Positions 1-10,727 of a stretch of 64,000 nt of DNA are shown here, one piece after another (within the stretch, counting starts at the first letter, position 1; every line of letters begins with the position of its first letter). Made by a program: the position numbers and the translations under genes. Below the pieces are notes generated by a model that was not told the origin of the DNA, searched no databases, and was given only the letters and a program-made list of their open reading frames with translations. Origin of the DNA: Fistulifera solaris (Eukaryota); contig AP026172.1 in the NCBI GenBank assembly GCA_030295235.1, positions 434,001-498,000 on the forward strand, in the 5' to 3' direction.

Positions 1-2233
1 CTACTCCACCTAGCTTAGAACAAAGGACACGATCTATCCTAGCATCATCATCTTCGTCCTCTTGACGATGCTTGAATGAAGAAATCGGGGGTACCATTGG
101 GAATTCTATTTGTCCTCTTGATTGACAACGTTGACCTTCCTCATTCGAAATTTCAATACATTCTCGCCATAACTTTATGTTTACTGGGATTGTTGGTTGG
201 ACTTCCGACCTACCGGCCGTTGTGAGGATATCGAACCTCCGACAATAGTGACCGGCACTTTTCGCATTATTTGGAAACGAAACAAACGCTATCGCATCGT
301 CGAACCTAAGCGATAAATCTTCATCTGTAGCTACTTGCTTGCAATTTACAGCGATCAAAACATTTTTTGCGTCAATACCGACATACGTGTTGTTCGCGTT
401 ACATGAAACCACCTCATACACACTTCGCTCAAACGAATTTTCCCAGTTTCCTGCTTTCAAAATTGGTAGCTTAAAATGAACGCTTGGACATGAAATTGAA
501 ATTCGTAATGAAGCACCTTCTGTCTCCTGCTTCAAAGATTCTTCCTCGCCTTCGCTTTCGATTGCTTCGATGTTTTGTATAGCAGCAGCAAATTTCGACA
601 TTCTTGGCAGGGTGTGGAGATCACATTCGTACACCAGAGGTAGCATTTCGAGATCGATATCGAGTTCCCCTTGGCATCTTTTCCGTACGTTCAGCGAAAT
701 ACAGGGCGATTGTACTAGTATCTCTTCGTTTCTCTCCCTCAGACCATCAGAGCCACATAAAAAGGTAAATATAGGACGAATCTCTACCTTTCGAGAGACC
801 TGAGAGTGTACCTTGCTGATCAGCGAGTCGTCAACCCCAAAATTGCCTATCACCAGTACGTGCTCCTGTGAGTTTGCAAAGATGCTCGATGTACAATCGA
901 TATCTTTGACCGAAGCCAGTGCATAAGCTTCATCTCTTCGACCGGAATGCTCCCCGTCATTCGAGAATACGATTTTCAAACCTATCTCCGCAATGTGAAA
1001 TCGGATCGTCGCGATTAGGGCGCCAGAATGTTGGGGTGATTCATTTCGACTCAATGCTATAGAATCATGAAGCATAGCTGAATACTGATAGAAGCTCGTC
1101 TCATTGGCATCAAAAAACATATCAAACGATACTTCGTCCTTCGACCCATTCTGTGAAAAATCAGGGACCAAGACACCATTTCTCAATTCATTTCTTTCCA
1201 CTTGCTCACGCGCTGCTCGATACTGCTCCATCATCGTATTAAGAAAGTCTAAGTCTTCCGCTTCGTAGTTCGACTCCACCTCAGACTGTGACAAAGTCTC
1301 GACTTCGCGTCTGTCGTTCTGTCGAAAGTGCACCGAGTAAGTGTGAACAAATTTCCGCAAAAGGAGCAAGGAAGTTGTATCGATTGATATATTCAGTTTT
1401 TGACTCAAATTGACTTCACAGTCCGTCTCTGTCCTGTTTCCGGTGCTGGCTGACACCGAGTCGCAAGCATTCGAGCTATATTCAATAACCCGCAAGGTGA
1501 TGCGGTTGACACCTTCCAACAATACCATTGAAGCACGATACGCATCCCGTTTCGAGTTCCCCTCTCGTAAAACTTCTCCAATACAGAGAGAAGTCTTTTG
1601 AAACAGAACCGTCTTGTGAAATTTCGTTTCGTACAGCGGGGTGCCTTCGGTTGACTTCCCGACGGCGGCCGTTTGATACGAGAAACTCTGACAGCGCATT
1701 TCAACCCAAGCCTGTTTGACTCCTTCCTCATCGTTCTCCCAACACCGTATTGAAATATCTCTGATTTCGACCGATAATTCCAGTGACTTCAAAGCCGCAT
1801 CGAGGTACAGAGACAGCAAACTTTGCGTCGCAGCACTTGGAGCGACCGGAATTGTTGTTGCGGACGCAGGGACTTGTGGTTCTAGCTCCAAGAAAACACC
1901 ATCCAACTCAATTTTTGCCGCCAAAGCAATACGAGGCAAGGCTGTTCCCCAAGCCGTTCGTACTGTTTCCCACGCGGCATGATCATTGGACGCATCTTCT
2001 TGGAAACGCAAATGCACCGTCAGTTCACGCACAGTAGCTTTTCTCACTCGCAGGGGAAGTGTTGCGAGTGTTTCATGATCGGTACGGAAGCTGACATTTC
2101 TCAATGTGCATCGTCCATCGGTAAAGGAAACATCCAGGAGGGAGTGCAGCTGTTGCAATGAATCCGTGTCCAAAATGGGACCCAAAACACGACGCAACAA
2201 GAATGCGTAGAGGCGATGTTTCCAAGGAATCAT
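1..2233 (-). CDS. ATG2: Autophagy-related protein 2 (ATG2), N-terminal part; ORF runs off the left edge of the window
   Basis: Manual translation from ATG at 2233 gives MIPWKHRLYAFLLRRVLGPILDTDSLQQLHSLLDVSFTDGRCTLRNVSF...RVRKATVRELTVHL, which resembles the Chorein-N start of ATG2/VPS13. The frame stays open to base 1 (...KHRQEDEDDDARIDRVLCSKLGGV). It is absent from the ORF track because there is no stop codon in the window. Confidence 0.75.
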   Translation of the reverse strand, partial: MIPWKHRLYAFLLRRVLGPILDTDSLQQLHSLLDVSFTDGRCTLRNVSFRTDHETLATLPLRVRKATVRELTVHLRFQEDASNDHAAWETVRTAWGTALPRIALAAKIELDGVFLELEPQVPASATTIPVAPSAATQSLLSLYLDAALKSLELSVEIRDISIRCWENDEEGVKQAWVEMRCQSFSYQTAAVGKSTEGTPLYETKFHKTVLFQKTSLCIGEVLREGNSKRDAYRASMVLLEGVNRITLRVIEYSSNACDSVSASTGNRTETDCEVNLSQKLNISIDTTSLLLLRKFVHTYSVHFRQNDRREVETLSQSEVESNYEAEDLDFLNTMMEQYRAAREQVERNELRNGVLVPDFSQNGSKDEVSFDMFFDANETSFYQYSAMLHDSIALSRNESPQHSGALIATIRFHIAEIGLKIVFSNDGEHSGRRDEAYALASVKDIDCTSSIFANSQEHVLVIGNFGVDDSLISKVHSQVSRKVEIRPIFTFLCGSDGLRERNEEILVQSPCISLNVRKRCQGELDIDLEMLPLVYECDLHTLPRMSKFAAAIQNIEAIESEGEEESLKQETEGASLRISISCPSVHFKLPILKAGNWENSFERSVYEVVSCNANNTYVGIDAKNVLIAVNCKQVATDEDLSLRFDDAIAFVSFPNNAKSAGHYCRRFDILTTAGRSEVQPTIPVNIKLWRECIEISNEEGQRCQSRGQIEFPMVPPISSFKHRQEDEDDDARIDRVLCSKLGGV

Positions 2234-2796
2234 TGTATTCAATCGGTTTGTATATGCATAATCTTATCAACAGCTTGAAGTGAAATGAAGGAAATCAATC
2301 GTAGCAATAGAGTGGCGAAGAACTGATTGCGATCAAAATTTTGATTGACAGCGTCACAATCAACGCCTGTTCCTTCTGAATAGCGCAAACAACATTACGA
2401 AAAGTCCGACAAGTATAGCCGCAGCAGAAAGCGAACTTTCAAGAAGGCTTTCTCTGTTGATGTGGTGACGATGATACTATTGATTATCTTGGATTTACTT
2501 TTTTATTGAAGCGCATTCGCCTTCACCGTCGTCACTTTTCGCAACCGAACATAATAAAGAAGAAAAGAATTTTGCATCGAGTCACGCGTCAAGTAAGTCA
2601 CGAAATGAAGTCGTATGTAGCCAAGCTACAACGAGAGCAATACTGAAAGTGACTGATTCTTGAAGTAGACGTCACCGCCGATCAACCTTTCGCAGATCTT
2701 CAACCATGGTATCTTCATGCCACTTTTTTTAACCATGGAGATACCTGGTATTATGATCCTTATGACAAGCACCCGAGCCGCTGTCCTTTACTTGTC

Positions 2797-4461
2797 ATGC
2801 CTTTATCACGATTGAGTCTCTTCTTGTCACTGCTATTTACCGTTGTCGCACTTTTCACGCCGAAGAATCATCGAAGAAGAAGATGTCGCCCCGAATTGTG
2901 CCTTTCCCATCCCGAAGATGGAATCACACTCGAGTTGACGAAATTGTTGCGCAACAAGGATTTGCGGAAACTCAAAGAAGAGACGAAGACCGAGTCTACG
3001 AAACTGGCACTCAATTTTGAAAGACTGCTGGGCACGGCAGAGTTTGTGAATCAAACGATTTCTCCGTCATCCAGAAAGAACTATCGCAAAAGTAATTCCC
3101 TTCTATTATCCACCGCTTTCGACAATTTACTGACGACAAACGATATACAAATACCTCAAAATGACACGATATCCTGCGTTCGAATACACCAGAACCACAC
3201 AGTGACAGAGCTGTCACCGTACTATCGTCGAGATCGACGCGATTACGAAAAAATGGATTGCAGGAACAATGACGACATTGCGGATCCCGAAGGGCTTCGA
3301 GCATTGTTGCAGGTGCGCTTTGTCGCCCGAAAAGCCAAAGATTTTGCTCAAATATCCAGTCTGGACCATCAACTCAAGCTAGAACACGGAGTACGGGTGT
3401 CCGATTATCCTCGTTTATGGACACGACGCACGGATGCCTCCAAAGCGTCGATTCGTCAAATGATGAGGAAACGACATGCTCGCATGATGAAATTGTTTGG
3501 ATTACTGGGACACCCGTATGTTCAAATCAACAGTTCGGTCACGCGCAATGCATCACAGATCCCCGGGAGCCATGTTCATGCATCCTTGTCGGCCTTGACG
3601 CGTTATCAATTGGAAGGAAGATACGATCGAGCGGAAGCCATTAAGTTAGAATTGTCGTTATGTGGAATTCGCATTCACGATCAACTGCTGTTGTGGACGA
3701 ACGATGCACACGTAGATTTTGAAATGCTGGAAACGATTCCTAATAGAGTGAATGATGTACCTCTTTACACGGAACTCAAGGACGACGTTTACCCCAATGA
3801 AACAGCATCCATCAAGGATGGTGCGGGCAAACTTCGATTCGGTGGTCGCACTATGGAAGAGGATAGCCTACGCAGAAACCAACGGATACAGCAGCTGATT
3901 CGTCAGCGCGCCGAGGCTGACGCTAGAGGAGAAACGACTTTGTTTGCTTTGATTGCGAATGAGTTAACGAGTACTTACCAAGTAGCGATTGATGATGAAC
4001 AAAGAACATGGCGAATTCTTAATGCCACTCCCAAAGAAGAAGAATCAATATCATTGCGCACGGATGACTACACAACATCTTCTTTTGCAGCCCTCCTGTT
4101 TGGAGAAGAATCAAGGGACTACACCAGCGACACCACATATCGACCAAGTCAAAAGTCACTTTCAATCGACAATTCAATCTACCAACAAAGAATAGAAGAG
4201 CTTGTTCAAGAGCGCATTCACTTGCGCGAAGAGGGCAGATACCTAGAGGCGGATGCGGTTCGACGAGAGTTATGGCACACCTATGTAAGTCATCGTAGAT
4301 CTATTTTCGTTTGCTAATAATTTGGTGTGTTCAACTCTCGTGTTCTCTATTCTTCGTCCAAGAACGTCGGCGTGAATGACAAGCTCCGTCAGTACAGTGT
4401 TGGAGGAGTCTATGATACTAGCACTGCCAACCAAGTGCAAACGAACAGGAAAAAGCAATAA
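2797..4461 (+). CDS. Signal-peptide protein with four repeats resembling the CysRS C-terminal anticodon-binding domain; one intron (4285..4362)
   Basis: 506-aa ORF with a hydrophobic N-terminus. Repeats follow I..L...R...R....Y..AD.IR.EL....GV.V.D....W. A GTAAGT...AAG intron restores the last repeat (WHTY|NVGVNDKLRQY), and the stop TAA is at 4459-4461. Confidence 0.7.
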
Positions 4462-4726
4462 CGTTAGGGATGACGAACTGCATTACCGTCGACGTAAATC
4501 AAAGTGGGACGAATTGCACATAGCTAAAGCTATTACAGGCAATGGAGGTTGTTGCTTCCGGATTCGATTGACTGTGGACACCATTTAAAGCTGTTGAATA
4601 GTAGCAGCGATGCTTTTTTAAAAAAATATTACTCCCATTTACTGCTTCTCCGGTCCTACTTGGTACAAAAAATAATAAATCATTTACCTAGACTTTGGGC
4701 AAAGTTATAAGAATAAAATAGTTTCA

Positions 4727-4805
4727 TGATGTCGGCAGGATTCGAACCTGCGAGATTGCTCATTACGGCCTAAACGTAACGCCTTAACCACTCGGCCACG
4801 ACATC
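4727..4805 (-). tRNA. trnL-UAG: tRNA-Leu(UAG)
   Basis: Reverse complement reads GATGTCGTGGCCGAGTGGTTAAGGCGTTACGTTTAGGCCGTAATGAGCAATCTCGCAGGTTCGAATCCTGCCGACATCA. It has an acceptor stem GATGTCG/CGACATC, D-loop TGG, anticodon stem TTACG/CGTAA around TAG, a long variable arm and a GTTCGAATC T-loop. Confidence 0.95.
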
Positions 4806-4940
4806 CAACGAAAATATGAAGCAGAAATTGAGTACATAATTTTAGATTTAATTTAGCAGAGTTTTCGTAAAGTTCACCATGGCCACCAGCCATCAACCCT
4901 TTCACAATCTCACCCTCTTCCACTTTCATCATTAACAATA

Positions 4941-6800
4941 ATGCAAAAAGCCAAGCTCATTTTGGCGCTGGTTCTGCTTTCAGCTACAAGAAACGACGCA
5001 TTCCGATCGGAATATCGACGGTCCAGACCCAAAACTCTACTATTACATGCACAAACCGGCGAAGGCATCGGAATCGGCATCGATTTGGGAACAACACGAT
5101 CCGCGGTCGCTATTTTATCCGAAAACAATGTCCCAACGATCATACCGATCCCCCACAATGGTCGGACGATGCCTTCGGCCGTAGCGTTTGATCCAGAAAG
5201 TGGACAAGTCTGGGTCGGTCAAGAAGCGTGCGATCGTCAGAATCAGGATGGTGTCTTTCGGAATGTCAAGAGAATATTGGGTACGGGAGGAAAGTTAACC
5301 CAGTCCGTGGCCAAGGCAGTGCCGTTCTTGGTACCGAATCGAGACGGGAAAACGTACAAAAGGACACATTACTGAATCAGATTCAGGATGCTCAGGAACA
5401 TCCGACTCTGCTCCAATTTCCGCATAACAATACACGCTTCTCACCCGAAATCATTTCGGCGCACGTACTGAAACGTTTGGTACAAGCTGCCGAAGATGCA
5501 TCTGGACAAAAAAGTCACGAGGGCGGTAATTGGAGTGCCCGCCTACTTTCACGATGAACAGCGCGCCGCCACTTTGCGAGCGGCGGAAATGGCGGGGCTA
5601 GCACGGGTCAAACTGTTGCGTGAGCCTGAAGCCGCGGCTTTAGCGTACGGAATCGGTAAAGAACAATTATCTTCTTCGATCGAAGATGAACTTGTTTTGG
5701 TGTTTGATTTGGGCGGCGGTACCTTTGATGTTTCAATGTTACTCGTGGGTGGTGGAGTCACCGAAGTACTTTGTACATCGGGTAATTCTCAATTGGGTGG
5801 TGCCGACTTGGACAATCGAGTCGCTGATCATTGCTGGAAGGTTTTGTCTCACCACGTACCCGCTATCAAACCATCGGCGTGGTCCGAGGATGCGAAAAAT
5901 GGAATCGTAAGGGCCGCGGAGCAGATACGCATCGCTCTGAGTAATGCGAAAAAGGTGGACTTGGCTTTACCGGTTACTCAAGAGGGGTGGTGCAATGTTT
6001 TGACGGGAAGAGAAGCTCTTTTGCCTGTTGAAGCCGATGAGAGTTACAGCGAGACGGGTATACTGGATGACTCTCATGTTCGCTGTTGCTTGACGAGGAG
6101 GACTCTGGAAAAATTGTGTGACAATGAGCTACAAGCACTGTTAAGACCCATACGAGAGGTTGCTATAGTTGCTGGAGCTTTGCTGCCTGGTGATGCGAAT
6201 CCAACTGCCGTAGAGGCTGCTCGCGATATGGAAGAACAATATATCGAGTCCCGGGACATGGAATTTGCGGACTTTTATCAAGACGTTGAACAGGAAGACG
6301 AACAATCGACAGAAGAAAACGCAGAGCTGTTGCTTGCAATTCAGGACATGGATATGAAGGCCGCGAAAAAGGCACAGCAAAAAGGACGAAAAAGGGCTAG
6401 ACAAGTAGCAAAGGACGAGCGAAAATACCGGGAGGAAAAGAAGAAAATACAAAATAGTAATACAGGTATGGATATGGATCGCGTAAAAGTTCGTGACGGT
6501 ATATCAGGGCGACCTATTTCTCGGGTTGTTCTAGTTGGAGGAACCACGCGGATGCCTGCTATTGGACGATTGATTGCTACTTTGACAGGAGTAGTCCCAC
6601 AAAGAACCGTGAATCCCGATGAAGCGGTTGCGCTTGGATGTGCAGCGAAAGTCGGAGTCTTGGACGGAATCGAAGAAATGGGAACTGTTTTGAATCCAAT
6701 GCAGGCGGCAATTTTGAAAGCCGTGGCCCGACAACAAGGAAAGGAACAGCTGCAAGAGGATGAAGACTTTGATGCAGACTTTGATTTCGATGAAGACTGA
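4941..6800 (+). CDS. Atypical Hsp70-family protein (nucleotide-binding domain only), probably plastid-targeted; two frameshifts in A-runs (~5360, ~5510)
   Basis: GIDLGTT, AVIGVPAYF, LREPEAAALAYG, VFDLGGGTFDVS, LVGGTTRMP and NPDEAVALGCA are spread over three overlapping ORFs. The N-terminal signal peptide ends ...NDAF. Confidence 0.85.
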
Positions 6801-7296
6801 TATCATGGAGTGACCGGAATATGAACTCGCAACCTTATTTTTGTGGCTACTTTCCCCGCACGAGCGTTGACAATGTGCATGGCATCGAGTCTTCCGTGTT
6901 GATTTTCCTTTTTGACGAAATATCTAAAGTGCGAAGAAAATACAGCATCCTGGTCGAACGACACGTTAAATGTCATTAGACGCTAGTCAGTCAGCGATTT
7001 TACCTTCATTACTTGTATTTGTGATTTGTGAACCTAGAGAGACTAGAGAGACCTTCCGTGTTCATGACTGAAATTCAGTCGTGGCGTGGTAGAACCTACA
7101 CTCAACACCATAGTAAATTAGTGTCCCATCGACACTCTAGTCAACGGATACGTAGTACTCCGTACAACGGAAACATTTTTTTGACACCGCCACGAAAGAA
7201 CAAAACACTGGAAATAAAAGAATCTTTATCGGATTCACTTCAAAGAACAACAAAGCATGCCTACAATTTCTTCTCAAGGCACATTATTCGACCAAG

Positions 7297-8391
7297 ATGA
7301 CAGATGAGAGAGAAAAGTACGTGCAAAATGGCCAAAGGACTCGTTACGCACGGATTTTTCAAATTTTCTTAATGTTCTTGACGGCTGTGCAAGGCATTCC
7401 TTTCCAGATCGAAACAAAAAGAACTAAAACGCCATTATCCTTCTATTCAAAAGATCTATTGACTCTTCGCTGTGGAAGTACCGCTTCAGAGCAGGGCGTG
7501 GAACGTCTTCCCGCCGGAAGATTACGACCCCGTGTGAATTTTCTACTGTGGAAAATTCCCTTCCTTGCGGGCTTGCTGTCGTTTGGGTGTTTTCGGTCGG
7601 TCACCCAAATTACGTATCAGGCCATCAATTGGGCCAGTCAGCGAACGTGGTTGCCAACGACCGAAGAACAAATGAATTTACAGACTAATGTTGTCACGCA
7701 AGTCGTCAACGGGCCGGTCATTACTTCCATTTCGGTGCTCTTTGCCAGTCTCTTGTCGACAACGATTGCGAATTTACATTCACGACAGGTGGCAATCCAA
7801 CGATCATTAGTGTGGGAAATTCATCATTTACGGGAGTTGCAACTGTTGATGGACTCGCCTTTGCCACAGTGTTGTCTTTCCCGCCAGCAACATGAAGAAG
7901 CCAAGACATTGATTCAGGGGTATCGCGAACGGCTGTTGTCACAATCGACTAACTTTACCGACCCGCATTTGTACATTGAAAGCAACTTACGATCTGTGTC
8001 ATATTGGTGCGATTCCGTTTTGAGTCATTATCATCAAATAGCAGCACGACGTCCCACTGCACCACCGGTGTCCCCGGAAGCTTTGGTCGATCAAATACGA
8101 CGGATTAGTACCGGACTTTTAGAAGGACGAGTGAATCAATGGACCGCGTTACTTTCACTCAATTTTCCATTCGTGCATTACTTGACCTTGTCAGTGTTGG
8201 CGATTTCAATACTTGTCAGTTTTATTGTGGCCACGGCACAAGGTGAAGTTCTGTTTCGTAGCGACGGTTTACAGTCGGTCCGAATTCTGTGGTCTCTTCT
8301 TATCATGACATTTGCGGCGCTGGGAGTCTTGTGCTATGATTTGTCACGTCCCTTTGGCGGTTCTTATAAAGTGGAAGATGTATCTCAGTAA
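7297..8391 (+). CDS. Multi-pass membrane protein, DUF4239/bestrophin-like family
   Basis: Intact 364-aa ORF with four hydrophobic segments. It has SVLFASLLSTTIANLHSRQ..I...L..E and a C-terminal YDLSRPFGGSY, matching the D-L-x-x-P-F-x-G signature as recalled. Confidence 0.6.
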   Translation: MTDEREKYVQNGQRTRYARIFQIFLMFLTAVQGIPFQIETKRTKTPLSFYSKDLLTLRCGSTASEQGVERLPAGRLRPRVNFLLWKIPFLAGLLSFGCFRSVTQITYQAINWASQRTWLPTTEEQMNLQTNVVTQVVNGPVITSISVLFASLLSTTIANLHSRQVAIQRSLVWEIHHLRELQLLMDSPLPQCCLSRQQHEEAKTLIQGYRERLLSQSTNFTDPHLYIESNLRSVSYWCDSVLSHYHQIAARRPTAPPVSPEALVDQIRRISTGLLEGRVNQWTALLSLNFPFVHYLTLSVLAISILVSFIVATAQGEVLFRSDGLQSVRILWSLLIMTFAALGVLCYDLSRPFGGSYKVEDVSQ

Positions 8392-8897
8392 ACATGCCTG
8401 ATCGATGACCGAAGCATCAAAAGTTACTTTTACGCTCAGCGCCGCAGTAACCTTCATCAATTGAATAGACCACAACCCATGAGGAGGATGGTCTGACTGC
8501 CAGGATGAGTAGCTGATGTGACTCGGCCGACGTTGGAGTCGACACAGTCTTACAGCATAGGAAATAGCACCCTTTGTCGCCTCGATAGGATGGATCTTTT
8601 TAGCAAAATGCGGGAATAAATACAATCCTGTAAAGCAAAAGAAGAAGATAGTAAATCAGAACAAACGAATGCATTATTACAAAATGCAGCGGCTTGCTGA
8701 ACAATTGCAATTATGAACAAAACGGGGTACGTCTGAAAAGAACAGTTTGATGGATCGCAAAATAAATGATATAGAGAATTCATAAAATCTAGCGGTCTCG
8801 CCATAAAATCGTTATCGTCTTCGACGACATGATTGCTTATGTCGCAATCATTTCTTCTCACCTGCCGACTCAAACCTGCTAGCCAGCTAGCTTCGCT

Positions 8898-10252
8898 TTA
8901 GTCGTATTGATCGGAGTCATCCATGTCGTCATCGTCATCCTCGTCCCAATCGTCTTCGTCATCATATTCTTCTTCCGGTACATCTTCTCCTTCCATGCTA
9001 CGACAAATATGCGCAATGCGATCTTGGAGTTGCTCTTTCCGTGCTGGTAAAATATCGGAGACTCGAAGATAAGCCCAGGAGCAAAAAACTACCGCAACAG
9101 AAACGAATAGATGCGCGTTTGAAGCAGAACTGCTCGACCCACTCGACCGGTTTTGTGAGAAGGCTGCGGCTTTTCGCATATCTCGTGACATTTTCTTCAG
9201 TCGCAGCATCTCTTTTCAATAGCCATTTCGTTGAGAACGTGTGGAAAGACTTGCTGGATGAATGGGACCCTGGAAAGGTCGGGGTCCCACCGGTAAGATT
9301 GAATCGAAATACAAGCAGGGTACGCTTTCAGTAGAAGAATCACCATTTCCTGCACCAACGGCCGGTTGCAACTATTTGCCAGATGGTGAATTGGCAATGA
9401 CCCTTCGCCGTGGACTTGCTTGCGAATGAGACGAGGATGATGGGCAATGAGGTAACGGCATATCTTTGCCATATTTGGCGTAGCCTTGATGTTTACCAGT
9501 TCAAAGTCATTCTCTTTTTGACCCATTGCAAAACAGACATCATGCAGTACCGTTCTTCCTGGAACAGATTCGTGGTACACTGCCTCTGTGTACTGTTCCA
9601 CCATCCAGATGAACAAATCCGCGTCTGGTTCTTCCCAGCCTCCCACGATTACCTGCAGGGGGAACTTGGGAACCATAAGGTCGGATCTATCTATCTCCCG
9701 AAGTCCTTGTGGGTATAGCTCGTAAAATTTTCGAACTGTTTGTAAATCACACCGATTGTCACCGTACGCTTTCAATAATTGCACATGAGGTCGTTGTTCT
9801 TGACAGAGTTCATGCTGGAACACCCAAGGATAGTTTTCTACAATCCACGGATATAATTCGCCGTACCCATCCCCGGGCAGCAAGTGAATAGTTGCCGATT
9901 CGATAAAGCCATCGAAATTGGGACGGGCCCACAGCAGCGCGTGCGGGTTCGTCTCGATGAGTAACTGGATTGTTTCCGCACACGTACCGTAGGTTTTTTT
10001 GCAGACAACTTCTAAAAGAGACCACTGGAGACAGTCGTTCGAAACAGCACTGGCAAGAAGAGGCTGTGCTGTCACTTCTTCCTTGAAGTGTTCCTGCAAC
10101 AGCGCAGCAACATCTTTCACGGATGCTTCGTCGCGGTGTCGACGAAAGAGATCGTAGGCCTCTTGAAAGAGTCTGTAAAATTTTCTTCCCAATTCCGGTG
10201 GCAATTTATCATTGGGGATTGGCTTGGATAAGGCAGGACTTTCGCTCGACAT
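8898..10252 (-). CDS. Ankyrin-repeat-like diatom hypothetical protein, tandem copy 1 (one frameshift near 9205)
   Basis: ORFs 9197..10318 and 8898..9209. Ankyrin-like motifs GRTVLHDVC and GSLPIHHLAN, an acidic tail, and clear paralogy with copies 2-4. Confidence 0.7.
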
Positions 10253-10727
10253 GTTGATTGTATCTATTGAGAGGGTTGAAGACTTTGAAGAGAAGCGTAA
10301 TGTAGTTGCGACCAGCAAGTGAAATAAATGAAAGAAAACGCACCCCTCTCACTCCAAGGAGTATATGTTACACGTTAGGGTTAAGGTTATATACTCCTTT
10401 GCCAATTCTGCTGCGCGGACGAAAAAAAGACGCGCGCCCAAACGCCGTCGTCGTTGCGACGTGTAGCTATTCAGTCAAAGTGTAGACGACCTTTTTTCGT
10501 GATTGATTTTCCAATCATGATTTGAAAAATGTTGTTTGTTTCTCGATCCACTTTAGACACCAATTCTACCCGCAGCAACACCCGTTCGAAGCTACTGAAT
10601 CAACTGAAGTTTTTACTAATAGTGAGAATACATCAAGCAACTATCGTTTTATTACTTTCGATTAACTTGTTTGACAACGCGCTAGTTACGGGATTGTTGT
10701 AATCACCTAGAATGTGTGAATTTTCAC

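Noticed and set aside
4270..4805. tRNA-Leu next to the protein with tRNA-binding-like repeats
   Set aside because: The protein appears organelle-targeted and the tRNA is a nuclear Pol III gene for a different amino acid, so adjacency is probably coincidental.
4941..5557. Programmed ribosomal frameshifting in Hsp70 and other genes
   Set aside because: The indels are of both signs, fall in arbitrary homopolymers across many unrelated genes, and lack consistent slippery-site or pseudoknot context. Assembly error is the simpler explanation.
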